A stretch of DNA of 64,000 nt from Phycisphaerales bacterium JB052. GTDB lineage: Bacteria > Planctomycetota > Phycisphaerae > Phycisphaerales > UBA1924. Position numbers and translations under genes: made by a program. A model generated the notes under the pieces. That model saw only the letters and a list, made by a program, of their open reading frames with translations. It made no database searches and was not told the origin of the DNA. Numbering within the stretch: position 1 is the first letter of the stretch; each line of letters begins with the position of its first letter. This document shows positions 47,430-56,515 of this stretch, in pieces. The stretch lies in the NCBI GenBank assembly GCA_043100965.1, contig JBICHR010000001.1, positions 159,278 through 223,277 of the forward strand. The letters run 5' to 3'.

Positions 47430-47974
47430 CCATGCACCCTCCACGCGCCGCCGCATTCGGGGCAGACGGCGCAGCCATCTTCATCAGCCTGATCTGCGAG
47501 CGGATACCAGCACCCTGCGCAATGGGGCGGTAGTTCTTTGAGCTTCTGCATCATCTGGTGTGCTTTGCGCCTCTGCCTTGGAGTTTCGATCAAGTTGACC
47601 ACGAGACGCACCATGTATCCTGTCGCAAGCAGGATCAGGAGTGTGTATATCGTGGGAAGCACCTGAAACTTGCTTGTATCGCCAAAGACTGTCCCCGCGA
47701 GGGATCCGGAAATCATCACAAGGACGAACACAATGGCCAGAAGATTGAAGAACCTCCAAAGCGCCGATCTTGGCTCATGTACATCTGAAGCCAACGCTCG
47801 ACGATAAAGCACTGAGCAAATGCGTGGATCGGTTTGATACTGCTTGAGGCGTTTGTGTGAGCGCATGCGCAAGTCCACAGGCTTGTGGATCCCCTCGGGG
47901 TCCTCCCGCAGCGCGACCTTCTGCCCACGATCATCAAGCTTGGCCAACAAAGAGCCACCACTCCTTCCGCCCAT
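47426..47974 (-). CDS. Zinc-ribbon membrane protein, tandem paralog 1 of 4
   Basis: 182 aa. LDDRGQKVALREDPEGIHK, two hydrophobic helices (FFNLLAIVFVLVMISGSLAGTVF, LPTIYTLLILLATGYMVRLVV), PPHCAGCWYPLADQADEDGCAVCPECGGAWRVHG. Confidence 0.65.
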   Translation of the reverse strand: MGGRSGGSLLAKLDDRGQKVALREDPEGIHKPVDLRMRSHKRLKQYQTDPRICSVLYRRALASDVHEPRSALWRFFNLLAIVFVLVMISGSLAGTVFGDTSKFQVLPTIYTLLILLATGYMVRLVVNLIETPRQRRKAHQMMQKLKELPPHCAGCWYPLADQADEDGCAVCPECGGAWRVHG

Positions 47975-48039
47975 CCACCACTTTCTGCCACGCGAACATC
48001 ATGACTACCATCTCCCGAGGAAACCAACTGGAGCATCCT

Positions 48040-49128
48040 ATGTCACTCACAGACTACCGCACGCTGGGCAACTCCGGGCTGCGTGTCTCGCCGTTCTGCC
48101 TCGGGACCATGACCTTCGGCGACGACTGGGGCGTGGTGGGCACCACCATCGAGGAATCGCTCGATGTCCTCGGGGCCTACCTCGATCGGGGCGGCAACTT
48201 CCTTGATACCGCCAATGTCTACACCAAAGGGCACAGCGAGAAGATCATCGGGGACTACTTCAAGGACCACCCCGCACGGCGCGACCGCACCGTCATCGCC
48301 ACCAAGTTCTGCGGCAACATGCACCCGGGTGATCCCAACGGCGGCGGCTCGGGGCGCAAGGCAATCATGCATCAGGTCGAGGATTCGCTCCGGCGACTCC
48401 AGACCGAGTACATCGACCTGCTGTGGGTGCACTTCTGGGATCGCCACACGCCGCTGATCGAGACGATGAGTACGCTCAACAATCTGGTGCGGTCAGGCAA
48501 GGTGCGCTACATCGGGTTCAGCGATCACCCCGCGTGGGTGTGCACCGAGGCGATCAACATCGCCAAGCAGCACGGCTGGGAATCGCTCATCGCCTTGCAG
48601 ATCGAGTACTCGCTGCTGCAACGCACGCCCGAGGACGCGTTGCTGCCCATGGCCCAGTATCAGGGGCTGGGCGTGACGCCCTGGTCGCCGCTGCGGGGCG
48701 GGGTGCTCAGCGGCAAGTACACCCGAGACGGGCGGCCATCGCCCGAGGAGACCCGGGCGGCCGTGGACTCGCCGTACCTCAACGAGCGGACCTACACGCT
48801 GCTCGACGAGATGGTCGAGATCGCCAAGGAGCACGATGCCACACCGGCCCAGGTGGCGCTCAACTGGGTGCAGGGCAACAGCGCGATCACCTCGACGATC
48901 ATCGGTGCCAAGCGGCTCTCGCAGCTGGAAGACAACCTCGGGGCGCTGGACTTTGAGCTCAGCCAGGAACAGCGGCAGCGGCTGGAAGCCAAGTGCGTCT
49001 ACGATAAGCACTTCCCCCACAACTTCCTCGATCGCATTACCCCGGCGATTCAGAACGGGACGAGCATCAACGGCACACCCAGCGAGCCGTGGCCGCTGAG
49101 CCCCAAGGATGACAGCGAGCGACACTGA
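48040..49128 (+). CDS. Aldo/keto reductase family oxidoreductase
   Basis: MSLTDYRTLGNSGLRVSPFCLGTMTFG, FLDTANVYTKGHSE (catalytic D/Y/K region), YIDLLWVHFWD, IGFSDHPAW. An alternative in-frame ATG lies at 48001. Confidence 0.85.
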   Translation: MSLTDYRTLGNSGLRVSPFCLGTMTFGDDWGVVGTTIEESLDVLGAYLDRGGNFLDTANVYTKGHSEKIIGDYFKDHPARRDRTVIATKFCGNMHPGDPNGGGSGRKAIMHQVEDSLRRLQTEYIDLLWVHFWDRHTPLIETMSTLNNLVRSGKVRYIGFSDHPAWVCTEAINIAKQHGWESLIALQIEYSLLQRTPEDALLPMAQYQGLGVTPWSPLRGGVLSGKYTRDGRPSPEETRAAVDSPYLNERTYTLLDEMVEIAKEHDATPAQVALNWVQGNSAITSTIIGAKRLSQLEDNLGALDFELSQEQRQRLEAKCVYDKHFPHNFLDRITPAIQNGTSINGTPSEPWPLSPKDDSERH

Positions 49129-49288
49129 CGCCCGATCTGGACTCCCGCCCACCGTCCCGTCCTCGATGCCCTCAGCGGGGTGCGTGTCTGTTTGGCGTGT
49201 GCCGATTATGCGATCTGGGCAAGGGCAAAACGCACAGTGTCGCGTGAGTTGAGTGACACCGCGGACGGGGATTTTCGATGATTGGGGC

Positions 49289-50116
49289 ATGAACCGACCA
49301 GCCCGATCAACAGCCCTACTCCTGACCCCTGTGCTCCTGATGACACTCGTTGGCTGCGCCAGCTCCAGCCAGCGTGCATCAACGCCCAGTGAAGCCAGTA
49401 CCGGGTTGGCAAGCAACTCAGACAGCCCAGCCTACTCCACCATCAGCGCCGAACCGGCCGGGCACGATGAGTTTGTGCTGGGCGAATCGTTCGATGCAGA
49501 GTCCGTGCCGCGGTACCACGAGCCAATCAGTCGCTACACGCTCGATGAGATCCGCATCGAGCTCGAATCGATGTACAACCAAGACGGTGAGCTGGTTCAT
49601 GCCGCGTACAGCAACACGTTGGATCCACAGACCGCCACGACCATTCAGGCCATCGATCAAGCCCACAGTGATCGGCTCAAGGAGATCGTGGACCACATTG
49701 GTTGGCCGACCCGCGACCTTGTTGGTCTCAAGGCGACCCAAGCCGCGTACATGGTGATCCAGCACGCGGGGCACGATATCGAGTTCCAGAACCGCTGCCT
49801 TGGGCTCATGGTTGATCTCGTCGCTCAGGGCGAACTGCCTGCGTCGTATGTTGCGTTGCTGACCGACCGGATCCGGGTATTCCAGAATCAGCCGCAGGTC
49901 TTCGGGACCCAGATGACCATGAAGCGGAACGAGATGGGTGTGATGGTTCCAACACCCACGGTGCCGATTGAGGACGAGCAGCACCTGGACGACCGACGCG
50001 CATTGATGGGCATGGCCCCGCACGGGCAGTTCGTCGAGGCGATCCAGATCGCGTATGAGGCATCGCTGAACGACCCGGGGACCGCCTTCGCCGAGGTCCC
50101 ATCGTACGAGGACTGA
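49289..50116 (+). CDS. Hypothetical lipoprotein
   Basis: Lipobox leader MNRPARSTALLLTPVLLMTLVGC from ATG 49289. The helical body has no motif I can assign. Confidence 0.5.
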   Translation: MNRPARSTALLLTPVLLMTLVGCASSSQRASTPSEASTGLASNSDSPAYSTISAEPAGHDEFVLGESFDAESVPRYHEPISRYTLDEIRIELESMYNQDGELVHAAYSNTLDPQTATTIQAIDQAHSDRLKEIVDHIGWPTRDLVGLKATQAAYMVIQHAGHDIEFQNRCLGLMVDLVAQGELPASYVALLTDRIRVFQNQPQVFGTQMTMKRNEMGVMVPTPTVPIEDEQHLDDRRALMGMAPHGQFVEAIQIAYEASLNDPGTAFAEVPSYED

Positions 50117-50150
50117 TGGCCGCATCTGGCTGGCACCGAACAGAACCCAA

Positions 50151-50185
50151 CCCCTCCTGCGAGATGGAGGGGTTTCCGCTTTTTG
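50151..50185 (+). terminator. Rho-independent terminator
   Basis: cccctcc-tgcgagat-ggagggg followed by TTTCCGCTTTTT. Confidence 0.7.
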
Positions 50186-50385
50186 CTGCAACAGCACAGA
50201 GCGAATTGGCCGTATAGTGATACAGCCCATTCGGGCGGTTTTGTTTGTACCGATGGTCGTTCTGACCGAACGAGAAACTATACGAGTTACCCGCGTACAC
50301 CGGTTCGGACTTGGGCAGTGCCCAATGTGATGTGCGGGATCAAAGCAGACGTTTTTCGTCTATCCACAACTTGAGGTCTCACCAC

Positions 50386-51615
50386 ATGCTTACCACCAGC
50401 ATCGCTGCCGTACTCACGCTCACCGGGCTTGCCGCCGTGGGCCCTGGGCATCAAATCGAACCACAACCAAAGCCGGACACGAATACCGACAGCTCGTTCG
50501 TCGTGATTTCGGATACCGAGATCATCGCCGACGGCGTGACCTACCACTCGTGGCAGGAACTGGCCGAGTCGGGGTACCACCACAACGACGAGACCCGATG
50601 CGCCACCGACAGCTTCGTCGGCGCGGATCACGCATGGGTTGCTCGGGGCGGTGCAGACTGCTCGTCTTCAAGAACCACCATTCGACCGGAGTATGACCCC
50701 TCGGTCGAGAAGTACCGCATCCCGGTCGTCGTGCACATCATCGAGTCGAGTAACGGCACGGGGAGTATGCCCGATTCGCGCGTCTACTCACAGATCGAGA
50801 TCCTCAACGAGGATTTCCAGGCCATCGCGGGCACCAACGGTGCGCCGGGCACCGATGTCCAGATCGAGTTCTACCTAGCGACAGAAGATCCCGACGGCAA
50901 CCCCACCACGGGCATCACCCGCTCCACCAACACCACCTGGTTCAATGATGGCGGCGGCTACTACAACACGCTGGCGTGGGACACCGACCGCTACCTCAAC
51001 ATCTACACCAACAACGGCGGTGGCGCCCTGGGCTATGTCCCCGCCCTCCCACAGAGCGGTATCGCCGGCTCCAACAACGACCGCGTCGTGATCCTCTACT
51101 CGACCTTTGGACGCAACGCGCCCTATTCACCCTTCAACCTCGGTCGTACCGTCACCCATGAGGTGGGCCACTACCTCGGGCTCGAACACACATTCAGCGG
51201 CGGGTGCAGCAATAGCTACACCAGCGGCGACCTCATCGTCGACACCAACCCCGAGAGCAGCCCGACCTACGGCTGCCCTGGCAGCCGGACCTCGTGCGGC
51301 TCGCAGGCACCCATCCATAACTACATGGACTACAGCGACGACATCTGCATGAACCAGTTCACGCCCGAGCAGTCCAACCGCATGCGTTGCTCGCTGCTCA
51401 GCTACCGCCCCGACCTGTTCGAACTTGCCGGCCCCAGTGGCTGCAACGATGCGGACATTGCCGAACCTCTCGGCCAGTTGGACTTCTTCGATGTCTCGGC
51501 CTTCCTGACCGCATTCAACGAAGGTGACAACATCGCCGACTTCGACGGGAACGGCTCGTTCGACTTCTTCGATATCTCGCTGTTCCTGGGCACCTATAAC
51601 GTCGGCTGCCCGTAA
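50386..51615 (+). CDS. Secreted zinc metalloprotease, M43 (pappalysin/ulilysin-like), with C-terminal dockerin-like module
   Basis: Signal peptide from ATG 50386 (MLTTSIAAVLTLTGLAAVG), zincin motif HEVGHYLGLEHTF, downstream NYMDYS (Met-turn region), and a 57-aa Cys-bracketed tail. Confidence 0.8.
   Translation: MLTTSIAAVLTLTGLAAVGPGHQIEPQPKPDTNTDSSFVVISDTEIIADGVTYHSWQELAESGYHHNDETRCATDSFVGADHAWVARGGADCSSSRTTIRPEYDPSVEKYRIPVVVHIIESSNGTGSMPDSRVYSQIEILNEDFQAIAGTNGAPGTDVQIEFYLATEDPDGNPTTGITRSTNTTWFNDGGGYYNTLAWDTDRYLNIYTNNGGGALGYVPALPQSGIAGSNNDRVVILYSTFGRNAPYSPFNLGRTVTHEVGHYLGLEHTFSGGCSNSYTSGDLIVDTNPESSPTYGCPGSRTSCGSQAPIHNYMDYSDDICMNQFTPEQSNRMRCSLLSYRPDLFELAGPSGCNDADIAEPLGQLDFFDVSAFLTAFNEGDNIADFDGNGSFDFFDISLFLGTYNVGCP
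51442..51612 (+). other. Cys-bracketed twin dockerin/EF-hand-like C-terminal module (copy in the M43 protease)
   Basis: CNDADIAEPLGQLDFFDVSAFLTAFNEGDNIADFDGNGSFDFFDISLFLGTYNVGCP. Two repeats, each an acidic loop followed by FFD(V/I)S(A/L)FL, bounded by Cys...GCP. Confidence 0.7.
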
Positions 51616-51643
51616 TCGGACCGACACAAGCCATTCGTCAACA

Positions 51644-51675
51644 GCCCCGCTGCCTTGTGCACGGGGCCGTTTTTT
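51644..51675 (+). terminator. Rho-independent terminator
   Basis: gccccg-N12-cggggc followed by cgTTTTTT. Confidence 0.65.
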
Positions 51676-51762
51676 CATCCGGAAACCGCTGTTGGCTTGG
51701 CGTGGTTGACGCGCGTCAGGATGCGTATACTCTTTGCCCGATGACCCCGAAATCGGGTCGAT

Positions 51763-51835
51763 GCCACCTTAGCTCAGTTGGTAGAGCGAAGCTTTCGTAA
51801 AGCTTAGGTCGCGAGTTCAAGTCTCGCAGGTGGCT
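51763..51835 (+). tRNA. tRNA-Thr (anticodon CGU)
   Basis: Cloverleaf read by eye: acceptor gccacct/aggtggc, D arm gctc-agttggt-agagc, anticodon stem aagct/agctt with loop ttCGTaa, variable loop aggtc, T arm gcgag-ttcaagt-ctcgc, discriminator t. CCA is not encoded. Confidence 0.9.
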
Positions 51836-52008
51836 CTTTTCAGCACCGATAATGCCGCCGTTCCTGCTGGCGATGATGCTGAAACCCAAGATAACTCGGA
51901 GGCACATTGATGCCGCGTCCGATCGTATCCGATACTGGTGCGAGCAGGGAGCGTAACAGTTCCCACGAGGCGACTTGCAGATACTACCGAGCCAGCAACG
52001 GGATTCCT

Positions 52009-52434
52009 ATGGACTACGAATCGAGCAACTCCATCCTACTTATCGAGGATGATCAGCATCACTCTGAACTGATCGAACGAACGCTCAGGCGTGCTTGCCC
52101 CAATGACGAAACAGAAGTTCGGCATGTCAAGGATGGTGAAGCCGCGGTACGCTACCTCGGGAACCAGCGCATGACGCTCCCCAAGCTCATCATCCTCGAT
52201 CTCAAGCTCCCGAAACTCAACGGACACGAGGTCCTCCGCTTTATCAAGTCATCAGAGCGATTGAAGGTGATCCCGGTGGTGATCCTGAGTACCTCGCTGT
52301 CCGAGAGCGACCGCCAGACAGCGCTGAAGCTGCAGGCGAACAGCGTGTTGACCAAGTCGGTCAACTTCAAAGAGTTCCAGAACATGCTCGGCGACATGGT
52401 CAAGTACTGGCTCGGCTGGAACCGGGGCTACTAA
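52009..52434 (+). CDS. Single-domain response regulator (CheY-like receiver)
   Basis: ILLIEDDQHHSELI (acidic pocket), LIILDLKLPKLNGHEVL (phospho-acceptor Asp), VVILSTS, conserved Lys in LTKSV. Start placed at ATG 52009; the track ORF begins at 51907. Confidence 0.85.
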   Translation: MDYESSNSILLIEDDQHHSELIERTLRRACPNDETEVRHVKDGEAAVRYLGNQRMTLPKLIILDLKLPKLNGHEVLRFIKSSERLKVIPVVILSTSLSESDRQTALKLQANSVLTKSVNFKEFQNMLGDMVKYWLGWNRGY

Positions 52435-52452
52435 GCACCGCTGTAAGGACGC

Positions 52453-54213
52453 ATGATGCAAGCGCAGCCCGATGATATCCGGACCAAGCTTGAACGGGCC
52501 ACGAGCCTGCACCTAATCCATTGGCAGGTCATCCTCGGCTCGCTCCTGCTCACACTCTTCGCCTGGCACATGGCCAAACGCCAGGTCGAAGAACGCATCA
52601 GCAAGCAGTTCGAGCGTGAATCCTCGCAGGTCGTGGAACTCGTGCAAGAGCGCATGCAGAAATATGAAGATGCGCTCTGGGCCGGCGTGGCGCTGTATGA
52701 GACGCTCGGTGGCGAAGTCTCGCACCAGCAATGGGTCAACTACACCAACAGCATCACGATCGAAGAGAAGTACCCGGGCATCAACGGCATCGGCGTGATC
52801 CACGCGATCGATCCCGCAGACCTCGAAGCATTCAATGAATCGCAGCAGCAGGCACGCCCTGATTTCAAGGCTTATCCTGAGCACGATCGCCCCATCGCCT
52901 ACCCCATCACCTACATCGAGCCGGTCGAACTGAACCGAAAAGCGGTTGGGCTCGACATCGCCCATGAGATCAACCGATACACCGCTGCCGAGAAAGCCCG
53001 CCTGACCGGGAAGGCCCAGATCACCGGCCCGATCGTGCTCGTCCAGGACTCGACCAAGACGCCGGGGTTTCTTTTCTACGCCCCGTTCTACAAGGACTAC
53101 GGTCGCGAGCACAACCATCATCATGCCCAAGACATGCAAGGCCTGATCTACGCACCGTTCATCGTCAAGAAGCTGATGGAAGGCGTGCTCTCGCAAGAGA
53201 ACCGGCATGTCAACATTCACCTGATCGATGATGGGACGACGCTCTACTCCGAACTCGATGAGCGCAATCCAGACTACGACCCGGATCCTCAGCACACGCA
53301 GACCGCGATGCTCAGCATTTATGGGCGAGACTGGGTCTTTGAGATCGAATCGGGGCTCTCGTTCAGGGAGGCCCAAGGGTCAAGCCAGCCATTGATCATC
53401 CTGCTCGGTGGCATCCTGATCGACGCGATGATCTTCGCGTTGTTCACTCTGCTGGCCAGGGCGAACCGGCAGGCGCTGCATTACGCCGACATGGCCAACA
53501 TCGAGCTTCAATCGAAGAACTCCGAACTCGAGCAGTATGTCTATACCGCGTCGCACGATCTCAAATCCCCGCTCTTCTCGATCCAGGGCTTTGCGAACCT
53601 GCTGCGTGAAGATCTCGATGCGGGGAACTTCCAGAATCTCAGCGAGTATGCTGACTGCATTATCACCGGCACCGATCGCATGCGAACGAATATCGAGGTC
53701 CTGCTCGAGCTCAGCCGCATCGGCAGATCGGATGAGGACTTCTCGATGATCTCCTGCCCGGGGCTCATCAACGAAACCATCGCGGATCTCAGCGATCAGA
53801 TCGAGGCGGCGAACGCCACGGTCCGGACCCACGGCAGCATCCCGAACATCAACGCCGACACGGTGCGACTGCGGCAGGTCTTCGAAAACCTGATCGTCAA
53901 TGCGATCAAATACGCCAGTGAAGACACTCCGCTCGTGCTCGATATCGAGTACAAGAATCTGGGTGATCGCGTCCGGATCAGCTTCACCGACAACGGTCCC
54001 GGCGTGCCCGAGCAGTATCGCGAACTCATCTTCCAGCTCTTCCAACGCTTGGAAACCGATATCCACGGGACCGGTGTCGGACTCTCCATCGTGCGGCGTG
54101 TGGTCGAGATTCATGGCGGGAAGGTCTGGATCGAGGACGGGCCAGACGGTGGTGCACGGTTCTGTATCGAACTGCCCGTGCATATGGTATTATCCGACGC
54201 ACGCGCCGCGTAA
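52453..54213 (+). CDS. Sensor histidine kinase with extracytoplasmic CHASE-like domain
   Basis: TM1 (WQVILGSLLLTLFAWHMA). CHASE-like segment (YPGINGIGVIHAI...YPITYIEPVELNRKAVGLDIAHE...TGPIVLVQDSTKTPGFLFYAPFY). TM2. H-box YTASHDLKSPL, N-box NLIVNAIKYA, G-boxes DNGPGV and GTGVGLSIV. Confidence 0.85.
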   Translation: MMQAQPDDIRTKLERATSLHLIHWQVILGSLLLTLFAWHMAKRQVEERISKQFERESSQVVELVQERMQKYEDALWAGVALYETLGGEVSHQQWVNYTNSITIEEKYPGINGIGVIHAIDPADLEAFNESQQQARPDFKAYPEHDRPIAYPITYIEPVELNRKAVGLDIAHEINRYTAAEKARLTGKAQITGPIVLVQDSTKTPGFLFYAPFYKDYGREHNHHHAQDMQGLIYAPFIVKKLMEGVLSQENRHVNIHLIDDGTTLYSELDERNPDYDPDPQHTQTAMLSIYGRDWVFEIESGLSFREAQGSSQPLIILLGGILIDAMIFALFTLLARANRQALHYADMANIELQSKNSELEQYVYTASHDLKSPLFSIQGFANLLREDLDAGNFQNLSEYADCIITGTDRMRTNIEVLLELSRIGRSDEDFSMISCPGLINETIADLSDQIEAANATVRTHGSIPNINADTVRLRQVFENLIVNAIKYASEDTPLVLDIEYKNLGDRVRISFTDNGPGVPEQYRELIFQLFQRLETDIHGTGVGLSIVRRVVEIHGGKVWIEDGPDGGARFCIELPVHMVLSDARAA

Positions 54214-54242
54214 TCACGCGTTTTTCTGCGCGTTGGGTCTCC

Positions 54243-55472
54243 TCATGATTGGGCGATGTCACACTGCATGGTCAGGCACCATGGTGTCGCGGGATACTCC
54301 AGCTCACTGCGGTACCCCCGGAACGCGTCGATCGATTCCCATCCAGCTCTTCCGAGCGCGTACTCGACCAATCGTGGTTGTTCGCCGAAGCGGTTCGACT
54401 GCATAATGGCGGGTTGCCCGAGGCGCATCGCATCTTGCGGGGGCATGATCGGTCGATCGTGCGATTTGCCCACGCCGACTCCGGGCCGGTCTTCCAGCAG
54501 CCCGAACACGCTGTACTTGAAATCGCTGAAGTGACTCAGGTCCTCGTGCAGGTAGATATCGAACAGGACCGATTCGACCGGTGTGCGGAGCACCAACTCG
54601 TAGCGTCCGAAGGTGTTGTCCGGTGAGCGATGCAGGGGGATCGCCCCGGTGTACAACTCACCGGTGATGCAAGTCACGCTGCCGTGCTTCCCCACCGCTC
54701 CGGGTGCGATCTCATCGTAAATCACGCCGTTGTTGCCCTTGAACTGGTTGATGTCAGGCAGCGGCTGTGTGCAGAACTCGGGCACAAGGGGCAGGGCGTT
54801 GCCCGTTGCCGCCTCCGGGCATAAAGGCGACCGCTTGAAGTTGGTATCACCCTTCGATTCGGTGTCCGATGTCCACAGGCGTCGGATAATCCAGGGCACA
54901 TCGGCACGCAGGCGTTCGAAATCGAGGAAGCCGCTGAGCTGGAGCACATCGATCCGGTCGGGCATAGTTGTTGAGGGCCGCAGGCAGAGCGTGAGCATCT
55001 GCATCCTGGCCCGCACGCCCCATATGGCTGATCCGGATTGGTAATACGCCTTGCGTTCTTCGAGTTCGATGCGCTCATCGTGTCCACCAGCCGCGAGCAT
55101 GGCTTCAAACGAGCGCCGATCGCCGGCACGCTGACGCACAAACTCCCGAAACGCCTGATCGGCGCGACGCACCGCGTCGATGCGTTCCTTCCCAACCCCC
55201 GCGTCCTGAGCGGCTTTGAGCATGATTTCGACACCGCCCGGGCCGGGGATGTGCTTGACCGCCTTGATCAGGTCAGCGGACTCTGAGAAGCGCGACATTT
55301 TCCAGGCGAGGGTCTTATCGACGCCGAGGATCCGCCCCACTTCGGTCGGTCGGGCACCGCCGAGTCCGGCCCCAGTGAGCAGATCTGAGACCGCGGCTTG
55401 GGCCTGACGCACGCAGATCACGGCCTCATTGGAGAATGTGGAGTGTTCAGTTTGTGCGTTGGGGCGGACCAC
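54243..55472 (-). CDS. Hypothetical protein, possible N-terminal HTH, otherwise unassigned
   Basis: 409-aa ORF with ordinary composition. RPTEVGRILGVDKTLAWKMSRF resembles a helix-turn-helix. I see no motif in the remaining ~330 aa. Confidence 0.45.
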   Translation of the reverse strand: MVRPNAQTEHSTFSNEAVICVRQAQAAVSDLLTGAGLGGARPTEVGRILGVDKTLAWKMSRFSESADLIKAVKHIPGPGGVEIMLKAAQDAGVGKERIDAVRRADQAFREFVRQRAGDRRSFEAMLAAGGHDERIELEERKAYYQSGSAIWGVRARMQMLTLCLRPSTTMPDRIDVLQLSGFLDFERLRADVPWIIRRLWTSDTESKGDTNFKRSPLCPEAATGNALPLVPEFCTQPLPDINQFKGNNGVIYDEIAPGAVGKHGSVTCITGELYTGAIPLHRSPDNTFGRYELVLRTPVESVLFDIYLHEDLSHFSDFKYSVFGLLEDRPGVGVGKSHDRPIMPPQDAMRLGQPAIMQSNRFGEQPRLVEYALGRAGWESIDAFRGYRSELEYPATPWCLTMQCDIAQS

Positions 55473-55652
55473 ATGCTGATTCTAACGCAAGAATCGTGGA
55501 TGTGCGGCATGAATCTCAATTGCGGGCAAATTCTTTCAATATTTCTCTAGAGAAAACTGTACATGGGCTATGCGCTGCGATATCTTCGAGAAACAGGGCC
55601 ATCCCACGAATCGTCCTGCGTACAGACTTCCGAAACCACTGAGGAGAAGAAC

Positions 55653-56429
55653 ATGAGGTCCCCAATCACCACACTGCTGATCTGCACCCTGGCGGGCGTT
55701 GCCAGCGCAGACACCATCAGCACCCAGACCAGCTTCGACATCGACGGGTTCGCAGGCGGTGTTATCGCTTTCGATCGCTTCGATGACATGGGCGGTACCC
55801 GTCAGCTCACCGGCATCTCGTTCGATTACGACCAGACCATGGAGTTTGATCTCACGATCGAGAGCAACGGCTACACCGCACTCAGCGCGGGTGACTGGCT
55901 GCTCGATGCTGGGTACTACACCATTCACCAGATGGGCGTTTACACACGCGGCGGTGACGGCGGCCCGAGCTACCCGGCTTTCGGCGCTGGTGGCGTCTTC
56001 AGCGACCCCATCACCGGCGATCTGGGGATCTCTGACGGCTACAACCAGTCGGGCCCAGACACCATGCAGACCACGATCGGGCAGAGCTTCCTGTTCAATC
56101 AAACATTCGACAACTCCAACGACTTCGGGCAGAGTGTGCTCAACGCCGTCACTGGCAGCGGGGAACTTGAGACCTTCATGGGTGGGATCTCCGAACTGCT
56201 GTTTGAATGGGTCAACGACCCCAACTGGGTTGTCGATCCCGACAATCCACCGGACGGTCCATTCGATGGTCCGTTCGTCGATCCCTACTACGGGATCTTC
56301 GTTGGCTTCGATCGCATTCAGCATAGCGGGACCCTGACCGTCACCTACGAGTACAACACAGTGCCCGCCCCCTCGGGCCTGCTCGTGCTCAGCGGCGCAG
56401 GACTCATCGCGACCCGGCGTCGTCGATAA
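55653..56429 (+). CDS. Secreted PEP-CTERM sorting-domain protein
   Basis: GAGGAG then ATG 55653. Signal peptide MRSPITTLLICTLAGVASA. C-terminal VPAPSGLLVLSGAGLIATRRRR (56361-56426). Confidence 0.8.
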   Translation: MRSPITTLLICTLAGVASADTISTQTSFDIDGFAGGVIAFDRFDDMGGTRQLTGISFDYDQTMEFDLTIESNGYTALSAGDWLLDAGYYTIHQMGVYTRGGDGGPSYPAFGAGGVFSDPITGDLGISDGYNQSGPDTMQTTIGQSFLFNQTFDNSNDFGQSVLNAVTGSGELETFMGGISELLFEWVNDPNWVVDPDNPPDGPFDGPFVDPYYGIFVGFDRIQHSGTLTVTYEYNTVPAPSGLLVLSGAGLIATRRRR

Positions 56430-56454
56430 GCAAACCGCTGAAGCTCGAAAAAAA

Positions 56455-56481
56455 GCACTCGGGTCATCCCGGGTGCTTTTT
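56455..56481. terminator. Bidirectional rho-independent terminator between convergent genes
   Basis: gcactcggg-tcat-cccgggtgc flanked by AAAAAAA upstream and TTTTT downstream. Confidence 0.8.
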
Positions 56482-56515
56482 CAATGTATTCATGCTCGGT
56501 TGCGGGTGGCACCGG

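Noticed and set aside
46954-47484. Alternate-frame ORFs in the zinc-ribbon array containing APSAPNAA-like strings (also 46348-46539 and the 46961-47041 extension)
   Set aside because: They are out-of-frame readings of the conserved CPECGxAW-coding nucleotides repeated in each paralog, not separate genes.
51706-51731. TTGACG ... TATACT promoter-like hexamers upstream of tRNA-Thr
   Set aside because: The spacer is only 14 nt, too short for a canonical sigma-70 promoter, so I did not call it.
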